Part shown: piece after piece, positions 13,301 to 26,467 of the stretch
Layout: every line of letters starts with the position of its first letter
Position numbering within the stretch: the stretch's first letter is position 1
From: the human T2T-CHM13v2.0 reference genome, Homo sapiens
Reading direction: 5' to 3' (one strand)
Assembly (NCBI RefSeq): GCF_009914755.1
Contig: NC_060925.1
DNA length: 64,000 bases
Notes under the pieces: generated by a model
The model's database searches: none
The model's input: only the letters and a program-made list of their open reading frames with translations
Told to the model about the DNA's origin: nothing
Position numbers and translations under genes: made by a program

Positions 13301-14600
13301 TAAACGCTCCGCCTGCCTAGCTGCGAGGCGGCTTGGCAGCAGCGAGAGGGGGAGCCTGGAGGAAGCCGGCTTCCGGACTGGCCCCCTGCCGACCCAATCC
13401 CGCCGGCCCCAGGGCGGGGAGGGGTCTGGGCCCTCTCCCCATCGCCCCGGGCTCCGGCCGGGATTCCGTTCGGCGCACTCAGCGCTCGCCTCCGCGCAGA
13501 GGACCAGACCCTCCCGCTGGCCGCGGCCGCTAGCGCCACCTTAACCCCCTCCTGCCCGCGCGGTCGGCTCCTGCTGCGGGCCCAAGCGCAGTTCAGCTCT
13601 TAAGCCCCCGGCGTCCAGCCGAGGGACCGCCGAGGCTCAGTGTCCAACCCAAAATCCCGGAACCTGATCTCTGGGGGTGGGGAGTAGCCTGCGCCAGGCT
13701 GCCGCCCCAGATCTCAGCTTCCTTTTAAGCGCGGGGGCTCGGCGGCAGCCCACGGCCCCAGCGAAGGGGAAAGCCCTCTCTGCAGCAAAGCCGTTTGTTA
13801 TTCTGTGCCGAAGAGGCGAATGCAGCCCGGCCGTCCCAAGTGGTTCAGGTCCTACCAACCCGCGCTATTTACCAGACATGGTTATGCTGCCAGCTGCACT
13901 TCCCACCACCCACCAGCTCCTCTCCGTGCCCTCCGCCCCGCGCCACGCAAACCCCAGAGGGTCCCGAGCCCATTCTGTGCACTCTTCTTGAGCAGGGTGC
14001 AAGTTCCCCTTGATCTCCCCGGTCTGGGACCTGCCGAGCAGACGGCAGTGGTCGGCAAGGGCTTGCCGCCGCGGACTCAGCCCAAGCCTGCTGCGCTGCA
14101 GGCTGCGCCGCCGGGTGCCCCGCAGCCCCTCTGGGCGCCGCAGCCGGGCAGGGAAGGCAGCACGCGCCGCGCAACGCCCCGACACGGATTTACCCTTCCG
14201 GATGGGCACCGGGGCCTCCATGTTCCTAGGTTACGGCCAGCGCCGGCAGAACCCCGGCAGCGGGCGGCGGCGGGGTGCGGGCGGCCAGCCGGGAGCCGGC
14301 TCTGCAGTCCCGCGGGCGGCGCGTACGGAGCTCCCGGCCGCCGCCCGCAGCCGCACCGCGCCACGCAGCGCCGCACCTGGCTCGACGGCGAACTCGAATT
14401 AAAGGGGCCGGCGGGGGCCGGGGCCGGGGCCGGGGCGACAAGCTGCCCTCCGCCGCCACCGAGCTCGTCACCTCGTTGGGCCCCCGGGCCTCAGCCCCCG
14501 CCCCGCGAGGAAAACGTTCTTTGGCAGAGCCCGGCTTACTAACCAGAACCTCCAGGAGAGCTCAGCTGGGTGCTGCCGGGCCGGGGAGATGGGGGAGGGC
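13300..14600. promoter_or_regulatory. CpG island / KCNA2 promoter region
   Basis: Very high GC and CpG density, with GC boxes (GGGGCGGGG at ~13410; CCCCGCCCC at 14496-14504), immediately upstream of exon 1. Confidence 0.9.
14414..14436 (+). repeat. (GGGGCC)3.8 hexanucleotide repeat, G-quadruplex-capable
   Basis: GGGGCC GGGGCC GGGGCC GGGGC, plus an extra GGGGCC at 14404-14409. Confidence 0.9.
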
Positions 14601-16259
14601 AGAAGTTGAGGGGCACTGGTGAGAGGCTCCTGCCAACGTAATGAAGTAGGCAAGGAGGAGATAATCAATAGCAGCTACCCCAGGCCCACAGCGGGATCCA
14701 GCCCCGGGAGAGACGTGTTGCTATTATTGTGGTGCCTCCAGACAGGATCTGCAGACCCCTTTCTTGCCCTTTCTCCCGCCAGCGCGACCCCTTCTCCAGA
14801 TCGGCTTCCCACCTCCCTGTTACCCAGCAAAGATTTGGCTTCGCAGGGAAATGCAGCAGGTGCGGTCCGCAGTGTGGCAGAAACTCTTCTGCTGTGTTCG
14901 CCCCCACCGAGAGGAGCCGCAGGAACAGGCAGCACTGCAGGGCTGGCCCTCTCCACTCCCCGACTCCCTCCCCCAGGGCCCGGGCAGGGAAGGCTGGGGG
15001 ACACGCCGCTGCCCTTGGGAATGGTCAGCTACTCACAAAACGGGCCCTCTGGCAGAACTTGCAAAGCCAGGTGGCCCACAGGGCTCTGAACTTAGGAGTG
15101 CAGCTTACAGCACCCTAGGTGGGCAGACGAGGATGCCCTTTGCTTTCGGGAAATGTGTGTGGGAGGCACAGCCTACTTTCTGCCTAGATAGGGCATCCGA
15201 GAAGGTCCAGGGTGCTTTTGGGAGGCAGACGACAGCCTCAAGCCCCTGCTAGTTCTGTTCTCCAGGTCCCTGTCAGGGTCACCTAGACAGGTGTGCCAAA
15301 CAGTGGTGGTTCCTTGAGATAAGACTGCGGTAGACACGGAGCTCTGGATTCAGATGGGCTCTAGCACCAGGAAGTCCCCACTGGGCCCTCCCCACTACCC
15401 TCCGGCCGGGAAACCCTCCTCTCTATGCGTGTACCTCGTGGGGAGAGCCCTGAAAGCCCATGAAGCGGGACTCCGGATTCTGGCGTTTCATCGTGGTAGT
15501 CTGTGAGGTGTGGTTGAAGACTGGGAGCCTGCCTAGAGCTGCAGGGGGTGGTCTGGGAGGGCAGTGACCTCCGTGGGCCCAAAGGATGACAGATGACTAT
15601 AGAGAAGGGCTGGTATGGTTTAGAGCACCTTGAACCTGGCCTGTTAGTGTCCCAGTCAGTGAACGGCTTGGGTGTTTTGGAGGCAGTCAGATGGAAACGT
15701 AACTCCCTAACAGTTACTAGATAAGTTATTTCACTTCTCTGGGCACCAGTGCCCTCCTCTGAAAAATCAGGATGCCCCTAAGGGTGTGGTGAGGTTTTAA
15801 TTGTTGAATGAGTTTAGCATCCAGCAGACACTGAATGCATGATGATTTCGCTGCTCTGCTTCCTTGTGAAACTCTCCTCATAGCTCTTAGCTTCCAGCTT
15901 AGCTCTGGGGTGTTTCTCTAGGCTCCCAATCACCAGGTCCTTGTTGCCCCATTCCCTCTGCTTCCCAGATTGCCCCGCCCTTTACTTTCCTTGAGATCTC
16001 ACCATTCCCACCCCTCTACCAAATTGACCTCCAGTTCCCTTCCCTATATACTCCTTCTGAAAGCCTCCCCTGACCAGCACCAAGGGGCTCTGTTTCTCCT
16101 ATTTGGCACACTGGGTTCTCGTGTCATTTAAAGTCAGATAATCCTGTGTGGCCAAAGTCAGATACTCTATCCATCTGATCATATGTATACATTTCCTTTG
16201 CCTTCCTTCTTGAAAACAGAAGCTGTGGACAGAGAAAAGCCCTTGAAGGAAAATCAATC

Positions 16260-16920
16260 GTCATAATTGGTGACATGGGCTTACCATGTGTCAGACCCTG
16301 TGCTAAGCACTTCTTACCCAGGGCAACATTTAATTCTCACAGCCCTAGAAGTCAATGTATACATTAGTACCATTTCATTGGAAAGGAAATGGAGGCAGTG
16401 AGAGGTGAAATCACCTGCCTGAGGTTAATAAATGGTGACTCTAGGACTGGAATTAGGTCTTTGTGATTCTAGGACATGTGCCCTTAGCCCCCACACCACA
16501 CTGTGCAGGTGGAATGAGCAGCTCTTGAATTTCATTTCCCTCTTTGAGATCTTCCTCTGACCTCTGCTTCTATTTTGTGACTTGGCCTCAGGGGTATGTT
16601 GTCCTGTCTCTATCCTTTAAACTTAAATGTGAACAATGACAAAAAAAGAAATTAACTAAAGAAGGGGGAAAAAAAAGAACCATCATAACAGTTGTTTAGG
16701 CACATTTCAGGGCTTCTGCCCTGAAAAGTGTCTGTCAGTACCTTGGTTTGGCAGTGCTGTATAGGAAAAGAACACAGGCCGTATTCCCGGCACTAACACT
16801 TGCTAGCTGTATGAACTTGAGCAAGTTACTGACACTCTCTGAGCCTCCTACTGTTCGTTTCCTAGTTGGTCGAATGGGAGAGCAAAGCTACTTTACAGGG
16901 TAGTAAGGACAAAATTAGCT
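16260..16920. mobile_element. MIR fragments (two, opposite orientations)
   Basis: tgtgctaagcactt...gaaatggaggcagtgagaggtgaaatcacctgcc and gctgtatgaacttgagcaagttactgacactctctgagcctc resemble the MIR core. Confidence 0.6.
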
Positions 16921-17424
16921 ATAAAGAATGGACAGCCAGCTAACTTAACTGAGCCCCCTTTCCAGTTCTATGGTGGGCTCCATTTCTTATTTTTGGCCAC
17001 ACAATAGCAGCCAGAGTGTCCTTTGATCCTTTCCCTGGGGCATGGTGAAAATCCCCAAAGACCACTCCCTTCCCTTTGGTTTGGTTTCCTGCTTGAGAGC
17101 CAGGCCCTGCCTTCAGCAGAGGGAAGGGCTGTGGTGGCTGTCACAGTGAGTGACTGGTGACTACAGTCATCTTAAAAGAAGAGTTTATGACTGTGTATGC
17201 ATACACACCCACACCCACACAGAGGGACTGGAGGGAGAATCTCTTAGTTCTTCCCATTTGTGAATCTTCTCAGGTGTCACTCCCAGGGAACCAGCTCCCC
17301 TTCCTGGCATGACTGCTGCCTCTGCTTGATGCTCCCCACCAGCCCATCCACCCATGTGCTGGCACAGTCCCCACTCACTCACAGGTAGGCAGGGCAGGAG
17401 GACACTGGGCTGACAGCCCTCCAG

Positions 17425-17590
17425 AGATCATTTGATTTAATCCTTGCAACCAGCCAGTGGGAAAGATATCATTGTCTCTGTTTTACAGATGAAGATACTG
17501 AAGCTCAGAGAGGACCAAGGTAATTTAGCTGGTTAGTAGTGAGGCTGGAACAGATCAAGACTGTGTGACTTTATAAGTCACCATGCCATT
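17425..17590 (-). mobile_element. MIR
   Basis: ttttacagatgaagatactgaagctcagagagg is the MIR core. Confidence 0.7.
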
Positions 17591-17961
17591 CTACTGCCCA
17601 CTTTTACTGTTAGCTCAGTGCCAGGCCTCTGGGCTCAATTTCTGGTCTCAGGAACAGAGATTCCCCAGGGGTCGTCTCTCCTGGAGGCAACCTGACCTCA
17701 CAGGCAATCTGGTTTAGAAGGGAGTTGGTGCTGGTGATTAACTGTTCATACCTTAACTGAGGGACTTGAGGCAGTGGTGGTGCAAGAGTCAGGACCCAAA
17801 GGCTCCCAAAGGGGAGGACAAGGCAAGGCATCTGACCAGGGCCGTGGTCTGTGCGACCCAAGCTCACTCACTTGACCTTTCTGAGTAGCAGTTTACTTAT
17901 AAAATAGGTAGGACACTAGCCCCGCCCACCCCCTTGCTTCATAGGGCTTAAAGACAGAATG

Positions 17962-18015
17962 AGGAAGGAAGGAAGGAAGGAAGGAAGGAAGGAAGGAAGG
18001 AAGGAAGGAAGGAAA
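17962..18015. repeat. (GGAA)13 tetranucleotide microsatellite
   Basis: Read directly. Confidence 0.95.
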
Positions 18016-18398
18016 GGGACCTTCATTGTTAGTGTGTGTTAACATCTCATTGGTTAGGACTACAGAGGATAATACCCATGGAGGTGCATGGAGAAGCAAA
18101 GCCTGGTCAGTGTGGAACAGGACTCTGTTAATGTCACTGTTGTTGCTGATGTTGTGTTGTGCATCTGCCTGACATTTGAGAACTTCCCTTGGAAGTGGCA
18201 TGGGCCTCCACTCCAGCCCACTACTTACCTCCAAAGTCAAGGTCAGCCTCCTGCAGGAAGGCTTCTCAGATTAACTTCAGCTGCCTCTAAGGGGCCCCTT
18301 CATGGAGGCCTGGGCCTTGGCTCCTGTCTTGAATGAGCTGCTACACACTCATCCCACCGCAATACTGGCTAAATAAAAGAATATGTTCTTTTATTACA

Positions 18399-18683
18399 GG
18401 GTGGCTCATGCCTATAATCCCAGTAACTTGGGAGGCTGAGGTGGGAGGATTGCTTGAGGCCAGGAATTCAATATCAGCCTAGGCAACATAAGGCTCCACC
18501 TCTAAAATTTTTTTTTTAATTAGCTGGGCATAATAGCATGTCCCTGTAGTTCCAGCTACTCGGGAGGCTAAGTTGAGAGGATCATTTGAGCCCAGGAGTT
18601 TGAGGCTGCAGTGAGCCATGATTGTGCCACTGCACTCCAGCCTGGCAGACAGAGCAAGATCCTGTCTTGAAAAAAAAAAAAAA
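18399..18683 (+). mobile_element. Alu (J-type), slightly 5'-truncated
   Basis: gtggctcatgcctataatcccag...ggaggattgcttgaggccagg, ending in an A tail. Confidence 0.9.
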
Positions 18684-18990
18684 AGGCTGGGTATAGTGGT
18701 CCATGCCTGTAATTCTAACACTCTGGGAGGTTGAGGAAAGTGGATTGTTTGAGCCCAGGAATTTGAGAACAGCCTGGGCAACACGGTGAAACTCCATCTC
18801 TACAAAAAATACAAAAATTAGCCAGCACGGTGGTGCATGCCTGTAGACCCAGCTACTCAGGAGGCTTAGGTAGGCGGATCAGCTGAGCCCCAGCGCGGTG
18901 GAGGTTGCAGTGAGCTGAGATTGCACCACTGCACGACAGTCTGGGTGACAGGGTGAGAACCTGTCTCAAATAAATAAATAAATAAAATAA
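18684..18990 (+). mobile_element. Alu (J-type) in tandem, in the tail of the previous Alu
   Basis: Full dimer with a (TAAA)n tail. The pair is flanked by the direct repeat aaataaaagaa(t/c)atgtt (18371-18387 / 18985-19001). Confidence 0.9.
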
Positions 18991-19137
18991 AAGAACATGT
19001 TAAGGAATGGCTAATGAGGGTAGTCCCTCCCTCATGGTTTGGAGCTGCTGCTCTGGTTCAAGCAGTGTGCTCGTTGTCTTACCATGAGGCCCCCTGCTGC
19101 TAATACTCAAAGGCAGTACAGCAAGGTGGTGGAAGTA

Positions 19138-19351
19138 CAGTCACGCATCACCTAACGATGGAGACACATCCTGAGAAATGTGTCAGGTGATCTCATCGTT
19201 GTGCAAACATCGTAGAGTGTACTTACACAAACGTAGATGGCATAGCCTGCCACACACCCAGGCTGTATGGTAGAGCCTTTTGCCCTAGGCTACAAACCTG
19301 TACAGCATGTTACTGTGCTGAATAGTGTAGGTGATTGTAACACACTGGTAA
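19138..19351 (+). mobile_element. Tigger3-like DNA transposon 5' fragment
   Basis: TA followed by cagtcacgcatcacctaacgatggagacacatcctgagaaatg...tagagtgtacttacacaaac...ggctacaaacctgtacagcatgttactgt, the typical Tigger3/MER7 left end. Confidence 0.8.
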
Positions 19352-19824
19352 CAACATTCACCCAGTTGCCCAAACCAGAAGCCTGGATGTCCTTATCAAC
19401 TGTCTTCTTCCTCCTTCACCCGACACACTCCACATGCAGCCAATCACTTGGCCTTGGTGTCTGTTTGCTTCTCTCTGATTCCCTCTCCCTCCCCACGCCG
19501 CCCTGGTTCAAGCCACCAGCAGGCACAGTCTGGGTCACTGCAACCCCTGTTGGTCCTGTCTTCAGACTTGTTCCCCTCTGGTCTCTTCTCCCCACAGTTG
19601 CTATAGAGACCCCACTAAAGTGCAGGTAGGATCTATCACCTCTTCAACTACTCATTGGTGCCCTATTGCTAGGATCAACCTGCATTTCCTAAAAAGCGAG
19701 CAAAGCCTTTCATGATCTGATGTTCCCCTGTCTTCCCTCTAAACCTCCATCCTGGAAGTCCACACTGGCATCACATTAAACTGCCTCGAAAGCTCTAACT
19801 GGCTTAAAACAGACAGGTCAGGTT

Positions 19825-20030
19825 AAGACTTGAAGTCAGACAGGCCTGGGGTGGAGCCCCTCCTCCACTGCTTGCCATTCACATGACCTTAGGTGGGGTG
19901 TTTTTCCTCTCTGAGTCTCAGGTTCCAATCTGTAAAATGGGATTAATAATGCCCAATGCTTGCTCTGAGGATTAAATGAGATAGTGGGCACAAGGTATTT
20001 ATCTCAGTGACTTCCAGGAAGGTGTCAAGA
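19825..20030 (+). mobile_element. MIR
   Basis: ctctctgagtctcagg...ctgtaaaatgggattaataatgcc...gaggattaaatgagat. Confidence 0.75.
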
Positions 20031-23000
20031 AACGTGAGCTTCCAGATGGCTCCAGGTGTTTCTGCTTTGACTCCAGCAGCCCCCTGGCCAGAATGCCCTA
20101 CCTTCCTCCTTCCCTGTCACTTCAATGACTTCTTCTGACACTCAACTTATGTCACATCCTCCACGAAGCCTTTCTTAACCCTCTTCCTGGTCTCCACCCA
20201 CCAACAATATGCTCCGGACACAGACCTGTCACACCAGGTCCTGAGGGGCCTGTGTCCATCTGCACGCAGTCTTCCACTAGGTGGAAGCACCCTGAGGGCA
20301 GGGCCATGTCTCTTCTGCCCTTGCATACTGGTATCTGCTCCAGGCTGGGCACAAAGAAGCTGCCCTGGCAGTGTTTGTGAACCAGCAAACACCAGCAGAT
20401 GCACAGCCTCTATGGTGCCCACAGCTTAACTGCCTCTCCTTGCCTTTCAGCCCTAGACTTGGTGTCCTTAGAGGGCCCTCACTTCTGAAGAAACTTGAGT
20501 TGCCACAGGGCCAGCCAGGGGCTATTTCTGACTCCTGCCCAAGAGGCTGAGAGGGGTCAAGAGGGAAGACCAGCCTTGCACCAGTCACTACTACCAGGAG
20601 GAGGATGCACCAGGCAACCCCTGTATCAGAGGATAGCAGGGCAGGGAGGAGGGTTTCCCAGAGCTGGTGGCTCCCTCTCTATTTTATAGAGAGCTTAAGC
20701 ATCTTGTTCAGGGTCACCCAGCCAGTCCAGGCAAGAACCACGGTTTGAACTCAGGCACTGTGGCTCCAGAATTCATGCTCCTATCCATCCTGCTGTGCTG
20801 TTCTCATAGAGTGGGTATACTGTGGGCTGGACCTCGTCCTGTCCACTAGTCACTCTGTGCTTTAAGCTCTCCTAAGGACCCGTGGTCTTCCAGCTTCTGC
20901 TCACATGTGCTTATTGCCTCCTACCAAGGATCATTCCAACTTTGGACAGAGCTAACTTTTCAATTGCCTTTTGTGGACCTGGAATTATCCTTCTTGAAGC
21001 TTTCACTCAGGCGTCCCACCTGTGGCCATAGAGAGCAATTCTTCCTCCCCTCCCCTGCACCTTGCAGAGATCAGCACTTTACAAAGTTGAAAACAGTGGC
21101 GAGGAGCTCCATGGCTTCTCTTCTTTGAGGTCATTATTCCCAGGTCCTCAACTCTTCCTTATATGCTGTGGCTTGAGGTCTTGCACTACCCTGGCCATCC
21201 TCGGAAGTTTTCTAACTTCAAAGTGGGCCATGTATCAAAGTCTCCAGAGGAGAACACTTTGACCCTAGTGTGGCCCAGTTATCCCAGAAGTGCAGACAGT
21301 ATCACTGTTTTTGCTTCATAAAAGTAGCCTAACACAGGTTGACTCCCTAGTGTCTGCGTTATGTGGCTGAATTAGCTGGGCCTGAAGGTTACTCTAAGCC
21401 CCACGTCCTTCTTCTCTCCCTTTTATGGCCTTTGGTCAATAGAGAAGAGGAATAGAACAGAAAAACAAGAAGCAAGTTGATATCATGGAAAGGCCCTTGG
21501 CCTGCCAGTTTCTGTCCTGACTTTATTACCAGGTGACCTTGTAAGTCACTTCCCCTCTTTGGGCCCCAGTTTCTTCATCTGTAAAATGGGAAAGCTGGGC
21601 TACTTCTTATTCTATGATTCGTTCTTCAACTTTACCTGGCTGAGGAATGGGAGCCTTAAGCAGATGAATGCATATACCTCCTTTATCTCCACTGGCACCA
21701 TGGGTCCTCCTACTGTCACTATTTTGCTGAGAGGACATCAAGGCTCAGAGGTCATAGGACCTGCTCAAGGTTGCATGGCTCTAGTAAGTGGCAGAGCTGG
21801 GATTCCAGCCCAGACTTTGCTGATCCCCACATCAACCGTTACCCCAACACATGTCACTGCCTGTTTAAAAGGGAGAAAGGACTTTCAAAGATGCCAAATC
21901 ATTTTGAAAACGAATCCTGCAAACATTCCAAACAGTGCAAACCTGATGCTCAGTGCATCTTAATGATGTTCTCTGAGTCCAAGAAGGGTCATTACAAAGG
22001 GAACACAGGGAATCTTTGACTCTGAGGCCTTGCAGAAAGGGGCTGAAATTGCAGTGAGGAGTTTCCTGAAGTTCAACCTGAGGAAAATGACTGGCCCTAC
22101 TGGAAGTTTCATGGCCTAAGGCACCCAAAGGCGACCTGTAAGATCACAGCAGGGCCCGCCTGCCACACACCACTTACCTAGGGCCTTACCTGAATGCTAA
22201 GGAAGTAGAATTAGAGGCATGAAAGACTAGGTAGAAAACAGTTGGATAAAAAAACGTGTTTGTTGAATGGAGTAAACTCTTGTGTGGACAGGCAGTGGGG
22301 CTTGCCCTGGGAACTCAAATCTGAGGCTCTGGAGTGACTCAGCCTCTCTGGCTCAAGTATTTTTATTTTTATTTCAAACATACATATTTTCTGAATTGAT
22401 TAAAAGAACAAAACATCCTAAGTCCCCTACTCCCAAACTCTCCTGCTATGAGGAGGTTGAAGGTGGTCACTAGAATGGGGCTATTAGAAAGATTTTCTTT
22501 GCCACCAGATGTTCCGCTCCTGATCTTCCTTAAAGGCAATCCCTTGGCACTACTTGTTAGTGTCAGCAACAGTGATGCTTTGGTGCTTCGATCGACCCAA
22601 GTCTTTGAAGCAGGGGAGGGAAAGGTAGACAAGTGAGGAGGTGGCTAAATCATCCTGGCATTCCTGGTGTTGCAGAACCAACGTGTATCTAGAAGAGTAC
22701 AGGGAAGATGACTTAGGAGTGGAAGAGAGCCTGGGGCACAAACGACAGCTAGGAGGAGGGACAGAGGGTCGGGGCGCCTGGGGAGGAGAACCTCTGTGGT
22801 TTCCTGTCCCTCTCACACTCGCAACCAGGAGTCTTGGGATGCTTGCTGTTCACCTGAAATTCTAGGCTCATCCAACAGTGCCACCCAATGGCCACATGGG
22901 TGCAGGGACGTGCCTAAGGAAGTGGAAACCAGATGGGAGGAGAAAAGAGCCTCACCAATTCAGAAAAAGAGAGACCTGAGTTTCTTTCTGCCTTGAGGAT

Positions 23001-24259
23001 GTGGTATAGGGCTCTCCAGGGGTCTTTGGACCTGGGCAGAGCCATGCTTTAAGGGTTCTGCATGCCTCAAAGGAATTCCTCTCTTCTCTGAACTCTGGCC
23101 ATTAGAATCTGCTGGGTTAAATCAGGGACTCTGTAACCTGCAGATCCCCAAGTCAGCCTGGAGAGATGGGGCATCTGTAGCCCCTGGCCCAGGCTTCACT
23201 TCCTGAGATGATGAGGGGCTGGCAATGCAGCCCCACCCCCACCCCCACCACCCAGGTTCATCTAGTCAGGGTCAGGGGCCGTGGCAGTTGTCAGGTCAGC
23301 TCTGTGGGACAGCGGGGTAGAGGGTGGAAGTCAGAATGTGGAGTGACTTCATAGGGGGCTGCGCATCACTTCCCTTCTCTTCCAGCTGCACCTTTCCAAA
23401 GTCCAGGAGCTTTCAGGAAATAAGAAAAAGTTCTTTCTTTAAGAAACATGGGACCCCAGAGTTAGATCATAAATAAGCCAGCATGGTTCCTAAGGAAAAA
23501 ACAACAGAGCCTGGGAACAACCGAGCCAGGGTCTAACTGAAACTCTCCAGGCTATGTGAGAAGGATAATTCCTAACAGAGGCAGGTGCTATGTTCACTCC
23601 CATTCAACAGTTACAGAAACAAGCTTGGTGAGGCTGAGTGGCTTGCCTGTAGCCACATAGCCAGCAGCTGGGTGCAAAAGGCAGGAGCTGAGTCATGGTC
23701 TGTCCTCTAGCCCCGGCTCTAAACCAGGCATCGAGCCAAGCACTGTGGGGGACACACAGAGCGTGGCACAGAGGAGGTGCTTGATAAATACTAGTTCCTT
23801 CCCTAGAAGGATGGATAAGGAAGCAGAATTGTCAACAATTGACTCTAACCCAAGGCAGAATGAATTGGCTTAAATTGAAGAATAAAGTACAAAAGCACCT
23901 AAGAAGAGGAAAGCCTTCACCAAGGATGGAAATTGAGAGATGTCTTTACGGAGGAGCAGAATGTCCAAAGACCCCGAAAGAGGTGTTGAAGTGAAGCTTG
24001 GGCATTCTTCATGGGCAATCTGCATGCCTCACTGCCTGCTTCATTCATTCACTCCCTGGAGAAGGGCTCTCTGCAACAGCCTATCTCACACTGTGTGAGG
24101 AGGGATTTTGAGGATTTTGTTCTCTCCTGTACCCCCAGTGCCTGGAGCACACTGGGAGCTTAATACATATTTGTGAGCTAAATACCCAAATGGGTGAGTG
24201 GATTCCAGGAAAAAGGCACAACAGGGACAGACCAGAGAAGCAGCCTCACCTGTGCCAGG

Positions 24260-25002
24260 GACTCTGCGCCAGATGCAGTGCCAGGAGCGAGCAGTGTGGG
24301 AGGACATGGTAAAATGAGAGGTCGATGGGGGAAGACTGAGAAAGGCCTTGAAGTCATGCTGAGGAGTTCAGGTTGTCCTGTAGGTGATAGGGAGCCATTG
24401 AGAGTTCTGAGTGGGAGAGACAGGATCCAATCTATGTTTCAGAAAGATAACTTGGGAAATGTGGAGTATAGTGGAAAGGATGGGTCTAAGAGCAGAGGCA
24501 GGAAACTGGTAAGGAGGAGGTTGCTTCCCCTCAGAGATGTCAAGGGTCTGGACTCAGGCCATTTGTTCAATAGGTGAACGGTAGAAGGGATGAAGGCAGT
24601 GATGAAGAGAAAAGCACCAAAAGGGAGACATTACAGGGAGTGTAGGATTCAGTGATCAGCGAGATGGGAGAGGGAGAGAGAGTGTGGAGGGGCCGCCACA
24701 GGGCTTCAGAGAGGTGGTGTGCGAAGTGCATGTGCACCTGTGTGTGTGCACTCATGCATGTGTCGAGGGATGGAGCTCACATGGTGGGCAGTTCTGACAT
24801 ACATGGGGGTTTGTGGGGCTGCTCTGATGGGCCTGTTCCTTGTCAACAGGGCAGATGGCAATGCTGGCCTGATGCTCAGGAGAGAGGTAGAGGGTAGGGA
24901 ATGGAGAGTTGAAAGTCATCATCATGGAGGGGTCATTGAAGCCAAGGGTGAGAATGAGATCCCCCAGGATGAGAATGTAGATGGAGTGAGAAGAGCAGAG
25001 AG
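24260..25002 (-). mobile_element. Degenerate L2 fragments
   Basis: Purine-rich L2-antisense-like text (gtaggtgatagggagccattgagagtt; gtcattgaagccaagggtgagaatgagatcccccagg). Confidence 0.55.
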
Positions 25003-25262
25003 GGCCTGGGTGCGGCGGCTCATGCCTGTAATCCCAGCATTTTGGGAGGCCAAAGCAGGAGGATTGCTTGAGGCCAGGAGTTTGAAACCAGCTTGTGCAA
25101 CATAGTGAGACCCTGTCTCTACAAAAAATAATTTAAAAAAATTATCTGGGCATGATGGCACCCACCTGTAGTCTTAGCTACTTGGGAGCCTGAGGTGGGA
25201 GGATCACTTGAGTCCAAGAGTTCGAGGTTACAGTGAGGTATGATCGTGCCACTGCACTCCTG
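25003..25262 (+). mobile_element. Alu (J-type), lacking a 3' A tail
   Basis: ggcctgggtgcggcggctcatgcctgtaatcccagc...gccactgcactcc. Confidence 0.9.
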
Positions 25263-26448
25263 GCTGACATGTGAGTGACCTGTCAGTGTGTGAGAAAAGG
25301 CATTTTATCCTCTTTTAATTCCTCTCTGGAGAGTGGAGCCTAGAACCCTGACTGCCTCTGACCTTGCCGTCCAGTTAGGGTGTGGCCCTGGAATGTGGCT
25401 GCCTTCCCTCAGTTCTTTCCCTGTGGAATTGCTGCTCTGTGTGGGCTTCCTTTCCTTTCGGAGGTAGGATGAGGCAGCTTGGGTGGCCCTCAGATGGGAA
25501 AAAGACCCAGGAGAGCCACGAAAGGAACATAAGGAGAGGATGGAGAGGGTAGAGAGCCCTGCTCAGGTGCACCGAACATCATGACTTAGAGTCTAATTGG
25601 CAGCTCAAACATGGCACATCCCAAACCAAATTCTTGCTTCCTTCCCATGCCCCCACACCTGAACCCCCATCCCTCTGAGTAGCACCACTCCTCCCTCATC
25701 CAGTTGCTCAGGCCCAAACCCCGGGACACAGCCTTTGGCTAATCCAACAGGGATTCCTATGGCCTCTGCCTTCAGACCATCTTCTGAACCAGATGTCTTA
25801 TCTCTTCCGGCAGGCGAAGCAAACCTGGCCCCAGATGCTCTACTCTCACCTGGGCTCCTCACAGGCCTCCCTGTTCCTATTCATGCCCTCGCAGAAGCCA
25901 GAGTGATTTTATAAACAACATAAATCGAGTTGTTTTATGCCTTTGTTCAAAGTCCAGTAGTTGTTCACTACTCTCAGAACTAAGCCTGAAGTCCTATGGC
26001 CCAGAAGGCTCTGTACCGTCTGTCCCCTGGACACCTTTCTGACTTCATTTCCAACCACCCTCTGCAGCTGCCTCCTTCCTGGTCTCCACACCCAAAGAAT
26101 GCATCCCTGTGGCCTGGCTGTCCCCACTCCCTGGGAGACTGTACCCCCAAACATGCTCATGACTTGCTCTGCTTACACATTATGTAATTCCTTTATGGGG
26201 CCTCTGCTTACACATTACTTCCTAGGAGATGCCTGGCACACACTAGGAAAACGAATGAATGCATGTATGATAATACCGGTTTTAACCTTGTGCCTGGCAC
26301 ATAGGAAGTTCTTACAAGGTCTCCTGTCTCGGCTATGAAATCTGCTCCCACTCCCAAGGGTATGGCTGGTTCTTTGTAAAGGAGGCCCCTCCTACACATA
26401 CAAGGTGGAAATCAGCTCTGCAGAAAAGACAGACGCACGAGCTGCCAC

Positions 26449-26467
26449 TGGCCGCCAGGGGGCGCCA
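26449..26467 (+). promoter_or_regulatory. Strong CTCF motif in a small CpG-rich patch (~26430-26630)
   Basis: TGGCCGCCAGGGGGCGCCA matches 17/19 of the consensus TGGCCACCAGGGGGCGCTA. Local CpG retention suggests the patch is unmethylated. Confidence 0.85.

Noticed and set aside
13805-14542. 245-aa plus-strand ORF and the many overlapping ORFs in 13.1-15.3 kb
   Set aside because: GTG start, Pro/Ala/Arg/Gly-rich and no domain. Long ORFs in all frames are expected from stop-codon scarcity in a CpG island.
17962-18015. (GGAA)13 as an EWS-FLI1 response element
   Set aside because: Relevant only in Ewing sarcoma. Nothing in the sequence indicates a normal function.
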